From Utricularia gibba (lineage: Eukaryota > Plantae > Magnoliophyta): 36,270 nt of DNA. Shown piece by piece: positions 1 through 15,000 of this stretch. A model generated the notes under the pieces. It made no database searches. It was given only the letters and a program-made list of their open reading frames with translations, and was not told where the DNA came from. The DNA lies in assembly GCA_002189035.1 (NCBI GenBank), contig NEEC01000413.1, positions 1-36,270 on the forward strand, read 5' to 3'. How positions within the stretch are numbered: position 1 is the first letter of the stretch; each line of letters begins with the position of its first letter. A program made the translations under genes and the position numbers.

Positions 1-3000
1 AAAACAGATGTTTTGCAAGGCGAAAATCACAATCGCGTCGATTCTCGTGTTCAGTCGCATCGTCGCGAACGTGGTGGCCAATTTGTGGCACATCTGAAGG
101 CTAATATAAGGCGATAATTCGAGCTCTGATGCATCCTCGGACGAAATGCTTTCAACACGGAAGCTGACCGGCACGGAAGGGGTTCGAAACGGTATGCCGG
201 GCGCAGCGTGACTCATCACGGTTTCAGGATATCGACGAAATACGAACGTGTGCGAGGCCACCATGAGGCTGCGGGTAGGGACACACCCAGAGCTTGTTCA
301 GAGATCGCCTCGAAAACCCATACTTCACGTCATCCAATAAAACGCAGATGTTTTGCAAGCCGAAAATCACAATCGCGTCGATTCTCGTGTTCCGAGTCGC
401 ATCGTCGCGAACGTGGTGGCCAATTTGTGGCACATCTGAAGGCTAATATAAGGCGATAATTCGAGCTCTGATGCATCCTCGGACGAAGATGCTTTCAACA
501 CGGAAGCTGACCGGCACGGAAAGGGGTTCGAAACGGTATGCCGGGCGCAGCGTGACTCATCACGGTTTCAGGATATGCCGAAATACCGAACGGTGTGCGA
601 GGCCACCATGAGGCTGCGGGTAGGGACACACCCAGAGCTTGTTCAGAGATCGCCTCGAAAACCCATACTTCACGTCATCCAATAAAACGCAGATGTTTTG
701 CAAGCCGAAAATCACAATCGCGTCGATTCTCGTGTTCCGAGTCGCATCGTCGCGAACGTGGTGGCCAATTTGTGGCACATCTGAAGGCTAATATAAGGCG
801 ATAATTCGAGCTCTGATGCATCCTCGGACGAAGAAGCTTTCAACACGGAAGCTGACCGGCACGGAAAGGGTTCGAAACGGTATGCCGGGCGCAGCGTGAC
901 TCATCGGTTTCAGGATATGCGAAATACCGAACGGTGTGCGAGGCCACCATGAGGCTGCGGGTAGGAACACACCAGAGCTTGTTCAGAGATCGCCTCGAAA
1001 ACCCATACTTCACGTCACCAATAAAACGCAGATGTTTTGCAAGCGAAAATCACAATCGCGTCGATTCTCGTGTTCCGAGTCGCATCGTCGCGAACGTGGT
1101 GGCCAATTTGTGGCACATCTGAAGGCTAATATAAGGCGATAATTCGAGCTCTGATGCATCCTCGGACGAAGAAGCTTTCAACACGGAAGCTGACCGGCAC
1201 GGAAAGGGGTTCGAAACGGTATGCCGGGCGCAGCGTGACTCATCACGGTTTCAGGATATGGAAATACCGAACGGTGTGCGAGGCCACCATGAGGCTGCGG
1301 GTAGGGACACACCTAGAGCTTGTTCAGAGATCGCCTCGAAAACCCATACTTCACGTCACCCAATAAAACAGATGTTTTGCAAGCGAAAATCACAATCGCG
1401 TCGATTCTCGTGTTCCGAGTCGCATCGTCGCGAACGTGGTGGCAATTTGTGGCACATCTGAAGGCTAATATAAGGCGATAATTCGAGCTCTGATGCATCC
1501 TCGGACGAAGAAGCTTTCAACACGGAAGCTGACCGGCACGGAAAGGGGTTCGAAACGGTATGCCGGGCGCAGCGTGACTCATCACGGTTTTTCAGGATAT
1601 CGCCGAAATACCGAACGGTGTGCGAGGCCACCATGAGGCTGCGGGTAGGGACACACCAGAGCTTGTTCAGATCGCCTCGAAAACCCATACTTCACGTCAC
1701 CCAATAAAACGCAGATGTTTTTGCAAGCGAAAATCACAATCGCGTCGATTCTCGTGTTCCGAGTCGCATCGTCGCGAACGTGGTGGCCAATTTGTGGCAC
1801 ATCTGAAGGCTAATATAAGGCGATAATTCGAGCTCTGATGCATCCTCGGACGAAGAAGCTTTCAACACGGAAGCTGACCGGCACGGAAAGGGGTTCGAAA
1901 CGGTATGCCGGGCGCAGCGTGACTCATCACGGTTTTCAGGATATCGCCGAAATACCGAACGGTGTGCGAGGCCACCATGAGGCTGCGGGTAGGGAACACC
2001 CAGAGCTTGTTCAGAGATCGCCTCGAAAACCCATACTTCACGTCACCAATAAAACGCAGATGTTTTGCAAGCCGAAAATCACAATCGCGTCGATTCTCGT
2101 GTTCCGAGTCGCATCGTCGCGAACGTGGTGGCCAATTTGTGGCACATCTGAAGGCTAAGATAAGGCGATAATTCGAGCTCTGATGCATCCTCGGACGAAG
2201 AAGCTTTCAACACGGAAGCTGACCGGCACGGAAAGGGGTTCGAAACGGTATGCCGGGCGCAGCGTGACTCATCACGGTTTCAGGATATCGACGAATACCG
2301 AACGGTGTGCGAGGCCACCATGAGGCTGCGGGTAGGAACACACCCAGAGCTTGTTCAGAGATCGCCTCGAAAACCCATACTTCACGTCACCCAATAAAAC
2401 GCAGATGTTTTGCAAGCCGAAAATCACAATCGCGTCGATTCTCGTGTTCCGAGTCGCATCGTCGCGAACGTGGTGGCCAATTTGTGGCACATCTGAAGGC
2501 TAATATAAGGCGATAATTCGAGCTCTGATGCATCCTCGGACGAAGAAGCTTTCAACACGGAAGCTGACCGGCACGGAAAGGGTTCGAAACGGTATGCCGG
2601 CGCAGCGTGACTCATCATTTCAGGATATCGACGAATGCCGAACGGTGTGCGAGGCCACCATGAGGCTGCGGGTAGGGACACACCCAGAGCTTGTTCAGAG
2701 ATCGCTCGAAAACCCATACTTCACGTCACCAATAAAACGCAGATGTTTTGCAAGCCGAAAATCACAATCGCGTCGATTCTCGTGTTCCGAGTCGCATCGT
2801 CGCGAACGTGGTGGCCAATTTGTGGCACATCTGAAGGCTAATATAAGGCGATAATTCGAGCTCTGATGCATCCTCGGACGAAGAAGCTTTCAACACGGAA
2901 GCTGACCGGCACGGAAAGGGGTTCGAAACGGTATGCCGGCGCAGCGTGACTCATCACGGTTTTCAGGATATGCCGAAATACCGAACGGTGTGCGAGGCCA

Positions 3001-6000
3001 CCATGAGGCTGCGGGTAGGGACACACCCAGAGCTTGTTCAGAGATCGCCTCGAAAACCCATACTTCACGTCACCAATAAAACGCAGATTTTTGCAAGCGA
3101 AAATCACAATCGCGTCGATTCTCGTGTTCCGAGTCGCATCGTCGCGAACGTGGTGGCCAATTTGTGGCACATCTGAAGGCTAATATAAGGCGATAATTCG
3201 AGCTCTGATGCATCCTCGGACGAAGAAGCTTTCAACACGGAAGCTGACCGGCACGAAAGGGGTTCGAAACGGTATGCCGGGCGCAGCGTGACTCATCCTT
3301 CAGGATATCGACGAATGCCGAACGGTGTGCGAGGCCACCATGAGGCTGCGGGTAGGGACACACCCAGAGCTTGTTCAGAGATCGCCTCGAAAACCCATAC
3401 TTCACGTCACCCAATAAAACGCAGATGTTTTGCAAGCCGAAAATCACAATCGCGTCGATTCTCGTGTTCCGAGTCGCATCGTCGCGAACGTGGTGGCCAA
3501 TTTGTGGCACATCTGAAGGCTAAATAAGGCGATAATTCGAGCTCTGATGCATCCTCGGACGAAGAAGCTTTCAACACGGAAGCTGACCGGCGGAAAGGGT
3601 TCGAAACGGTATGCCGGGCGCAGCGTGACTCATCACGGTTTCAGGATATGACGAATACCGAACGGTGTGCGAGGCCACCATGAGGCTGCGGGTAGGGACA
3701 CACCCAGAGCTTGTTCAGAGATCGCCTCGAAAACCCATACTTCACGTCATCCAATAAAACGCAGATGTTTTGCAAGGCGAAAATCACAATCGCGTCGATT
3801 CTCGTGTTCCGAGTCGCATCGTCGCGAACGTGGTGGCCAATTTGTGGCACATCTGAAGGCTAATATAAGGCGATAATTCGAGCTCTGATGCATCCTCGGA
3901 CGAAGAAGCTTTCAACACGGAAGCTGACCGGCACGGAAAGGGTTCGAAACGGTATGCCGGGCGCAGCGTGACTCATCATTTCAGGATATCGACGAGACCG
4001 AACGGTGTGCGAGGCCACCATGAGGCTGCGGGTAGGGACACACCCAGAGCTTGTTCAGAGATCGCCTCGAAAACCCATACTTCACGTCACCCAATAAAAC
4101 GCAGATGTTTGCAAGCGAAAATCACAATCGCGTCGATTCTCGTGTTCCGTCGCATCGTCGCGAACGTGGTGGCCAATTTGTGGCACATCTGAAGGCTAAT
4201 ATAAGGCGATAATTCGAGCTCTGATGCATCCTCGGACGAAGAAGCTTTCAACACGGAAGCTGACCGGCACGGAAAGGGTTCGAAACGGTATGCCGGGCGC
4301 AGCGTGACTCATCACGGTTTCAGGATATCGACCGAAATACCGAACGGTGTGCGAGGCCACCATGAGGCTGCGGGTAGGGACACACCCAGAGCTTGTTCAG
4401 AGATCGCCTCGAAAACCCATACTTCACGTCACCCAATAAAACGCAGATGTTTTGCAAGCCGAAAATCACAATCGCGTCGATTCTCGTGTTCCGAGTCGCA
4501 TCGTCGCGAACGTGGTGGCCAATTTGTGGCACATCTGAAGGCTAATATAAGGCGATAATTCGAGCTCTGATGCATCCTCGGACGAAAGCTTTCAACACGG
4601 AAGCTGACCGGCACGGAAAGGGTTCGAAACGGTATGCCGGCGCAGCGTGACTCATCACGGTTTCAGGATATCGACGAATACCGAACGGTGTGCGAGGCCA
4701 CCATGAGGCTGCGGTAGGGACACACCCAGAGCTTGTTCAGAGATCGCCTCGAAAACCCATACTTCACGTCACCCAATAAAACGCAGATGTTTTGCAAGCC
4801 GAAAATCACAATCGCGTCGATTCTCGTGTTCCGAGTCGCATCGTCGCGAACGTGGTGGCCAATTTGTGGCACATCTGAAGGCTAATATAAGGCGATAATT
4901 CGAGCTTGATGCATCCTCGGACGAAGAAGCTTTCAACACGGAAGCTGACCGGCACGGAAAGGGGTTCGAAACGGTATGCCGGGCGCAGCGTGACTCATCG
5001 GTTTCAGGATATGGCCGAAATACCGAACGGTGTGCGAGGCCACCATGAGGCTGCGGTAGGGACACACCCAGAGCTTGTTCAGAGATCGCCTCGAAAACCC
5101 ATACTTCACGTCACCCAATAAAACGCAGATGTTTTGCAAGCCGAAAATCACAATCGCGTCGATTCTCGTGTTCCGAGTCGCATCGTCGCGAACGTGGTGG
5201 CCAATTTGTGGCACATCTGAAGGCTAAGATAAGGCGATAATTCGAGCTCTGATGCATCCTCGGACGAAGAAGCTTTCAACACGGAAGCTGACCGGCACGG
5301 AAAGGGTTCGAAACGGTATGCCGGCGCAGCGTGACTCATCAGGCTGCCGAACGGTGTGCGAGGCCACCATGAGGCTGCGGGTAGGACACACCCAGAGCTT
5401 GTTCAGAGATCGCCTCGAAAACCCATACTTCACGTCACCCAATAAAACGCAGATGTTTTGCAAGCCGAAAATCACAATCGCGTCGATTCTCGTGTTCCGA
5501 GTCGCATCGTCGCGAACGTGGTGGCCAATTTGTGGCACATCTGAAGGCTAATATAAGGCGATAATTCGAGCTCTGATGCATCCTCGGACGAAGAAGCTTT
5601 CAACACGGAAGCTGACCGGCACGGAAAGGGGTTCGAAACGGTATGCCGGCGCAGCGTGACTCATCACGGTTTTCAGGATATCCCGAAATACCGAACGGTG
5701 CGAGGCCACCATGAGGCTGCGGGTAGGGACACACCCAGAGCTTGTTCAGAGATCGCCTCGAAAACCCATACTTCACGTCACCCAAAAAACGCAGATGTTT
5801 TGCAAGCGAAAATCACAATCGCGTCGATGTGTTCCGAGTCGCATCGTCGCGAACGTGGTGGCCAATTTGTGGCACATCTGAAGGCTAATTAAGGCGATAA
5901 TTCGAGCTCTGATGCATCCTCGGACGAAGAAGCTTTCAACACGGAAGCTGACCGGCACGGAAAGGGTTCGAAACGGTATGCCGGGCGCAGCGTGACTCAT

Positions 6001-9000
6001 CATTTCAGGATTACCGAACGGTGTGCGAGGCCACCATGAGGCTGCGGGTAGGGACACACCCAGAGCTTGTTCAGAGATCGCCTCGAAAACCCATACTTCA
6101 CGTCACCCAATAAAACGCAGATGTTTTGCAAGCCGAAAATCACAATCGCGTCGATTCTCGTGTTCCGAGTCGCATCGTCGCGAACGTGGTGGCCAATTTG
6201 TGGCACATCTGAAGGCTAAGATAAGGCGATAATTCGAGCTCTGATGCATCCTCGGACGAAGAAGCTTTCAACACGGAAGCTGACCGGCGGAAAGGGTTCG
6301 AAACGGTATGCCGGGCGCAGCGTGACTCATCACGGTTTCAGGATATCGACGAATACCGAACGGTGTGCGAGGCCACCATGAGGCTGCGGGTAGGGACACA
6401 CCAGAGCTTGTTCAGAGATCGCCTCGAAAACCCATACTTCACGTCACCCAATAAAACGCAGATGTTTTGCAAGGCGAAAATCACAATCGCGTCGATTCTC
6501 GTGTTCCGAGTCGCATCGTCGCGAACGTGGTGGCCAATTTGTGGCACATCTGAAGGCTAAGATAAGGCGATAATTCGAGCTTTGATGCATCCTCGGACGA
6601 AGAAGCTTTCAACACGGAAGCTGACCGGCACGGAAAGGGTTCGAAACGGTATGCCGGCGCAGCGTGACTCATCACGGTTTTCAGGATATCGAAATACCGA
6701 ACGGTGTGCGAGGCCACCATGAGGCTGCTAGGGACACACCCAGAGCTTGTTCAGAGATCGCCTCGAAAACCCATACTTCACGTCACCAATAAAACGCAGA
6801 TGTTTTGCAAGCGAAAATCACAATCGCGTCGATTCTCGTGTTCCGAGTCGCATCGTCGCGAACGTGGTGGCCAATTTGGCACATCTGAAGGCTAAATAAG
6901 GCGATAATTCGAGCTCTGATGCATCCTCGGACGAAGATGCTTTCAACACGGAAGCTGACCGGCACGGAAAGGGTTCGAAACGGTATGCCGGCGCAGCGTG
7001 ACTCATCACGGTTTTCAGGATATGCCGAAATACCGAACGGTGTGCGAGGCCACCATGAGGCTGCGGGTAGGGACACACCCAGAGCTTGTTCAGAGATCGC
7101 CTCGAAAACCCATACTTCACGTCATCCAATAAAACGCAGATGTTTTGCAAGCCGAAAATCACAATCGCGTCGATTCTCGTGTTCCGAGTCGCATCGTCGC
7201 GAACGTGGTGGCCAATTTGTGGCACATCTGAAGGCTAATATAAGGCGATAATTCGAGCTCTGATGCATCCTCGGACGAAGAAGCTTTCAACACGGAAGCT
7301 GACCGGCACGGAAAGGGTTCGAAACGGTATGCCGGGCGCAGCGTGACTCATCATTTCAGATATCGACGAATGCCGAACGGTGTGCGAGGCCACCATGAGG
7401 CTGCGGGTAGGGACACACCCAGAGCTTGTTCAGAGATCGCCTCGAAAACCATACTTCACGTCACCCAATAAAACGCAGATGTTTTGCAAGGCGAAAATCA
7501 CAATCGCGTCGATTCTCGTGTTCCGAGTCGCATCGTCGCGAACGTGGTGGCCAATTTGTGGCACATCTGAAGGCTAATATAAGGCGATAATTCGAGCTCT
7601 GATGCATCCTCGGACGAAGAAGCTTTCAACACGGAAGCTGACCGGCACGGAAAGGGGTTCGAAACGGTATGCCGGCGCAGCGTGACTCATCACGGTTTTC
7701 AGGATATGCCGAAATACCGAACGGTGTGCGAGGCCACCATGAGGCTGCGGGTAGGACACACCAGAGCTTGTTCAGAGATCGCCTCGAAAACCCATACTTC
7801 ACGTCACCCAATAAAACGCAGATGTTTTGCAAGCGAAAATCACAATCGCGTCGATTCTCGTGTTCCGAGTCGCATCGTCGCGAACGTGGTGGCCAATTTG
7901 TGGCACATCTGAAGGCTAATATAAGGCGATAATTCGAGCTCTGATGCATCCTCGGACGAAGAAGCTTTCAACACGGAAGCTGACCGGCACGGAAAGGGGT
8001 TCGAAACGGTATGCCGGGCGCAGCGTGACTCATCACGATTTCAGGATATCGACGACCGAACGGTGTGCGAGGCCACCATGAGGCTGCGGGTAGGACACAC
8101 CCAGAGCTTGTTCAGAGATCGCCTCGAAAACCCATACTTCACGTCACCCAATAAAACGATGTTTTGCAAGCGAAAATCACAATCGCGTCGATTCTCGTGT
8201 TCCGAGTCGCATCGTCGCGAACGTGGTGGCCAATTTGTGGCACATCTGAAGGCTAAGATAAGGCGATAATTCGAGCTCTGATGCATCCTCGGACGAAGAA
8301 GCTTTCAACACGGAAGCTGACCGGCACGGAAAGGGTTCGAAACGGTATGCCGGGCGCAGCGTGACTCATCACGGTTTTCAGATATCGACGAATGCCGAAC
8401 GGTGTGCGAGGCCACCATGAGGCTGCGGGTAGGACACACCCAGAGCTTGTTCAGAGATCGCCTCGAAAACCCATACTTCACGTCACCCAATAAAACGCAG
8501 ATGTTTTTGCAAGCGAAAATCACAATCGCGTCGATTCTCGTGTTCCGAGTCGCATCGTCGCGAACGTGGTGGCCAATTTGTGGCACATCTGAAGGCTAAT
8601 ATAAGGCGATAATTCGAGCTCTGATGCATCCTCGGACGAAGAAGCTTTCAACACGGAAGCTGACCGGCACGGAAAGGGGTTCGAAACGGTATGCCGGGCG
8701 CAGCGTGACTCATCACGGTTTCAGGATATCGACGAATACCGAACGGTGTGCGAGGCCACCATGAGGCTGCGGGTAGGGACACACCCAGAGCTTGTTCAGA
8801 GATCGCCTCGAAAACCCATACTTCACGTCACCAATAAAACGCAGATGTTTTGCAAGCCGAAAATCACAATCGCGTCGATTCTCGTGTTCCGAGTCGCATC
8901 GTCGCGAACGTGGTGGCAATTTGTGGCACATCTGAAGGCTAATATAAGGCGATAATTCGAGCTCTGATGCATCCTCGGACGAAGAAGCTTTCAACACGGA

Positions 9001-12000
9001 AGCTGACCGGCACGGAAAGGGGTTCGAAACGGTATGCCGGCGCAGCGTGACTCATCACGGTTTTCAGGATATGCCGAAATACCGAACGGTGTGCGAGGCC
9101 ACCATGAGGCTGCGGGTAGGGACACACCCAGAGCTTGTTCAGAGATCGCCTCGAAAACCCATACTTCGTCATCCAATAAAACGCAGATGTTTTGCAAGCC
9201 GAAAATCACAATCGCGTCGATTCTCGTGTTCCGAGTCGCATCGTCGCGAACGTGGTGGCCAATTTGTGGCACATCTGAAGGCTAAGATAAGGCGATAATT
9301 CGAGCTCTGATGCATCCTCGGACGAAGAAGCTTTCAACACGGAAGCTGACCGGCACGGAAAGGGTTCGAAACGGTATGCCGGGCGCAGCGTGACTCATCA
9401 TCTTCAGATATGACGAAATGCCGAACGGTGTGCGAGGCCACCATGAGGCTGCGGGTAGGGACACACCCAGAGCTTGTTCAGAGATCGCCTCGAAAACCCA
9501 TACTTCACGTCACCCAATAAAACGCAGATGTTTTGCAAGCCGAAAATCACAATCGCGTCGATTCTCGTGTTCCGAGTCGCATCGTCGCGAACGTGGTGGC
9601 CAATTTGTGGCACATCTGAAGGCTAAGATAAGGCGATAATTCGAGCTCTGATGCATCCTCGGACGAAGAAGCTTTCAACACGGAAGCTGACCGGCACGGA
9701 AAGGGGTTCGAAACGGTATGCCGGGCGCAGCGTGACTCATCACGGTTTCAGGATATCGCGAATGCCGAACGGTGTGCGAGGCCACCATGAGGCTGCGGGT
9801 AGGAACACACCTAGAGCTTGTTCAGAGATCGCCTCGAAAACCCATACTTCACGTCACCCAATAAAACGCAGATGTTTTGCAAGCGAAAATCACAATCGCG
9901 TCGATTCTCGTGTTCCGAGTCGCATCGTCGCGAACGTTTGTGGCACATCTGAAGGCTAATATAAGGCGATAATTCGAGCTCTGATGCATCCTCGGACGAA
10001 GATGCTTTCAACACGGAAGCTGACCGGCACGGAAAGGGTTCGAAACGGTATGCCGGGCGCAGCGTGACTCATCACGGTTTCAGGATATCGACGAACCGAA
10101 CGGTGTGCGAGGCCACCATGAGGCTGCGGGTAGGGACACACCAGAGCTTGTTCAGAGATCGCCTCGAAAACCCATACTTCACGTCACCCAATAAAACGCA
10201 GATGTTTTGCAAGCGAAAATCACAATCGCGTCGATTCTCGTGTTCCGAGTCGCATCGTCGCGAACGTGGTGGCCAATTTGTGGCACATCTGAAGGCTAAT
10301 ATAAGGCGATAATTCGAGCTCTGATGCATCCTCGGACGAAGATGCTTTCAACGGAAGCTGACCGGCACGGAAAGGGGTTCGAAACGGTATGCCGGCGCAG
10401 CGTGACTCATCACGGTTTCAGATATGACGAAATGCCGAACGGTGTGCGAGGCCACCATGAGGCTGCGGTAGGGACACACCCAGAGCTTGTTCAGAGATCG
10501 CCTCGAAAACCCATACTTCACGTCACCCAATAAAACGCAGATGTTTTGCAAGCGAAAATCACAATCGCGTCGATTCTCGTGTTCGAGTCGCATCGTCGCG
10601 AACGTGGTGGCCAATTTGTGGCACATCTGAAGGCTAAGATAAGGCGATAATTCGAGCTCTGATGCATCCTCGGACGAAGAAGCTTTCAACACGGAAGCTG
10701 ACCGGCACGGAAAGGGTTCGAAACGGTATGCCGGGGCAGCGTGACTCATCACGGTTTCAGGATATGACGAATACCGAACGGTGTGCGAGGCCACCATGAG
10801 GCTGCGGGTAGGGACACACCCAGAGCTTGTTCAGAGATCGCCTCGAAAACCCATACTTCACGTCACCCAATAAAACGCAGATGTTTTGCAAGCCGAAAAT
10901 CACAATCGCGTCGATTCTCGTGTTCCGAGTCGCATCGTCGCGAACGTGGTGGCCAATTTGTGGCACATCTGAAGGCTAAGATAAGGCGATAATTCGAGCT
11001 CTGATGCATCCTCGGACGAAGAAGCTTTCAACACGGAAGCTGACCGGCACGGAAAGGGTTCGAAACGGTATGCCGGGCGCAGCGTGACTCATCACGGTTT
11101 CAGATATCGACGCCGAACGGTGTGCGAGGCCACCATGAGGCTGCGGGTAGGGACACACCCAGAGCTTGTTCAGAGATCGCCTCGAAAACCCATACTTCAC
11201 GTCATCCAATAAAACGCAGATGTTTTGCAAGCCGAAAATCACAATCGCGTCGATTCTCGTGTTCCGACGCATCGTCGCGAACGTGGTGGCCAATTTGTGG
11301 CACATCTGAAGGCTAATATAAGGCGATAATTCGAGCTCTGATGCATCCTCGGACGAAGAAGCTTTCAACACGGAAGCTGACCGGCACGGAAAGGGGTTCG
11401 AAACGGTATGCCGGGCGCAGCGTGACTCATCACGGTTTTCAGGATATGCCGAAATACCGAACGGTGTGCGAGGCCACCATGAGGCTGCGGGTAGGGACAC
11501 ACCCAGAGCTTGTTCAGAGATCGCCTCGAAAACCCATACTTCACGTCATCCAATAAAACGCAGATGTTTTGCAAGCGAAAATCACAATCGCGTCGATTCT
11601 CGTGTTCCGAGTCGCATCGTCGCGAACGTGGTGGCCAATTTGTGGCACATCTGAAGGCTAATATAAGGCGATAATTCGAGCTCTGATGCATCCTCGGACG
11701 AAGAAGCTTTCAACACGGAAGCTGACCGGCACGGAAAGGGGTTCGAAACGGTATGCCGGGCGCAGCGTGACTCATCACGGTTTCAGATATCGACGAATAC
11801 CGAACGGTGTGCGAGGCCACCATGAGGCTGCGGGTAGGGACACACCCAGAGCTTGTTCAGAGATCGCCTCGAAAACCCATACTTCACGTCACCCAATAAA
11901 ACGCAGATGTTTTGCAAGGCGAAAATCACAATCGCGTCGATTCTCGTGTTCCGAGTCGCATCGTCGCGAACGTGGTGGCCAATTTGTGGCACATCTGAAG

Positions 12001-15000
12001 GCTAAGATAAGGCGATAATTCGAGCTCTGATGCATCCTCGGACGAAGAAGCTTTCAACACGGAAGCTGACCGGCACGGAAAGGGTTCGAAACGGTATGCC
12101 GGGCGCAGCGTGACTCATCATCTTCAGATATGACGAAATGCCGAACGGTGTGCGAGGCCACCATGAGGCTGCGGGTAGGGACACACCCAGAGCTTGTTCA
12201 GAGATCGCCTCGAAAACCCATACTTCACGTCACCAATAAAAACGCAGATGTTTTGCAAGCCGAAAATCACAATCGCGTCGATTCTCGTGTTCCGAGTCGC
12301 ATCGTCGCGAACGTGGTGGCCAATTTGTGGCACATCTGAAGGCTAAGATAAGGCGATAATTCGAGCTTTGATGCATCCTCGGACGAAGAAGCTTTCAACA
12401 CGGAAGCTGACCGGCACGGAAAGGGTTCGAAACGGTATGCCGGGCGCAGCGTGACTCATCACGGTTTTCAGGATATCGACGAATGCCGAACGGTGTGCGA
12501 GGCCACCATGAGGCTGCGGGTAGGGACACACCCAGAGCTTGTTCAGAGATCGCCTCGAAAACCCATACTTCACGTCATCCAATAAAACGCAGATGTTTTG
12601 CAAGCCGAAAATCACAATCGCGTCGATTCTCGTGTTCCGTCATCGTCGCGAACGTGGTGGCCAATTTGTGGCACATCTGAAGGCTAATATAAGGCGATAA
12701 TTCGAGCTCTGATGCATCCTCGGACGAAGATGCTTTCAACACGGAAGCTGACCGGCACGGAAAGGGGTTCGAAACGGTATGCCGGGCGCAGCGTGACTCA
12801 TCACGGTTTTTCAGGATATCCGAAATACCGAACGGTGTGCGAGGCCACCATGAGGCTGCGGGTAGGACACACCCAGAGCTTGTTCAGAGATCGCCTCGAA
12901 AACCCATACTTCACGTCACCAAAAAAACGCAGATGTTTTGCAAGCGAAAATCACAATCGCGTCGATTCTCGTGTTCCGAGTCGCATCGTCGCGAACGTGG
13001 TGGCCAATTTGTGGCACATCTGAAGGCTAATATAAGGCGATAATTCGAGCTCTGATGCATCCTCGGACGAAGAAGCTTTCAACACGGAAGCTGACCGGCA
13101 CGGAAAGGGTTCGAAACGGTATGCCGGGCGCATGACTCATCACGGTTTCAGATATGACGAAATGCCGAACGGTGTGCGAGGCCACCATGAGGCTGCGGTA
13201 GGGAACACCCAGAGCTTGTTCAGAGATCGCCTCGAAAACCCATACTTCACGTCACCCAATAAAACGCAGATGTTTTGCAAGCCGAAAATCACAATCGCGT
13301 CGATTCTCGTTTCCGAGTCGCATCGTCGCGAACGTGGTGGCCAATTTGTGGCACATCTGAAGGCTAATATAAGGCGATAATTCGAGCTCTGATGCATCCT
13401 CGGACGAAGAAGCTTTCAACACGGAAGCTGACCGGGAAAGGGGTTCGAAACGGTATGCCGGGCGCAGCGTGACTCATCATTTCAGGATATCGACCGAAAT
13501 GCCGAACGGTGTGCGAGGCCACCATGAGGCTGCGGGTAGGGACACACCCAGAGCTTGTTCAGAGATCGCCTCGAAAACCCATACTTCACGTCACCCAATA
13601 AAACGCAGATGTTTTGCAAGCCGAAAATCACAATCGCGTCGATTCTCGTGTTCCGAGTCGCATCGTCGCGAACGTGGTGGCCAATTTGTGGCACATCTGA
13701 AGGCTAAGATAAGGCGATAATTCGAGCTCTGATGCATCCTCGGACGAAGAAGCTTTCAACACGGAAGCTGACCGGCGGAAAGGGTTCGAAACGGTATGCC
13801 GGGCGCAGCGTGACTCATCACGGTCTTCAGGATATGTGCCGAACGGTGTGCGAGGCCACCATGAGGCTGCGGGTAGGGACACACCCAGAGCTTGTTCAGA
13901 GATCGCCTCGAAAACCCATACTTCACGTCATCCAATAAAACGCAGATGTTTTGCAAGCCGAAATCACATCGCGTCGATTCTCGTGTTCCGTCATCGTCGC
14001 GAACGTGGTGGCCAATTTGTGGCACATCTGAAGGCTAATATAAGGCGATAATTCGAGCTCTGATGCATCCTCGGACGAAGAAGCTTTCAACACGGAAGCT
14101 GACCGGCACGGAAAGGGGTTCGAAACGGTATGCCGGGCGCAGCGTGACTCATCACGGTTTTCAGGATATCGCCGAAATACCGAACGGTGTGCGAGGCCAC
14201 CATGAGGCTGCGGGTAGGAACACACCAGAGCTTGTTCAGAGATCGCCTCGAAAACCCATACTTCACGTCACCCAATAAAACGCAGATGTTTTGCAAGCGA
14301 AAATCACAATCGCGTCGATTCTCGTGTTCCGAGTCGCATCGTCGCGAACGTGGTGGCCAATTTGTGGCACATCTGAAGGCTAAGATAAGGCGATAATTCG
14401 AGCTCTGATGCATCCTCGGACGAAGAAGCTTTCAACACGGAAGCTGACCGGCACGGAAAGGGTTCGAAACGGTATGCCGGGCGCAGCGTGACTCATCACG
14501 GATATCGACCCGAACGGTGTGCGAGGCCACCATGAGGCTGCGGTAGGAACACACCCAGAGCTTGTTCAGAGATCGCCTCGAAAACCCATACTTCACGTCA
14601 CCCAATAAAACGCAGATGTTTTGCAAGCGAAAATCACAATCGCGTCGATTCTCGTGTTCCGAGTCGCATCGTCGCGAACGTGGTGGCCAATTTGTGGCAC
14701 ATCTGAAGGCTAAGATAAGGCGATAATTCGAGCTCTGATGCATCCTCGGACGAAGAAGCTTTCAACACGGAAGCTGACCGCACGGAAAGGGTTCGAAACG
14801 GTATGCCGGGCGCAGCGTGACTCATCACGGTTTTCAGGATATCGCCGAAATACCGAACGGTGTGCGAGGCCACCATGAGGCTGCGGGTAGGGACACACCC
14901 AGAGCTTGTTCAGAGATCGCCTCGAAAACCCATACTTCACGTCACCAATAAAACGCAGATGTTTTGCAAGCCGAAAATCACAATCGCGTCGATTCTCGTG

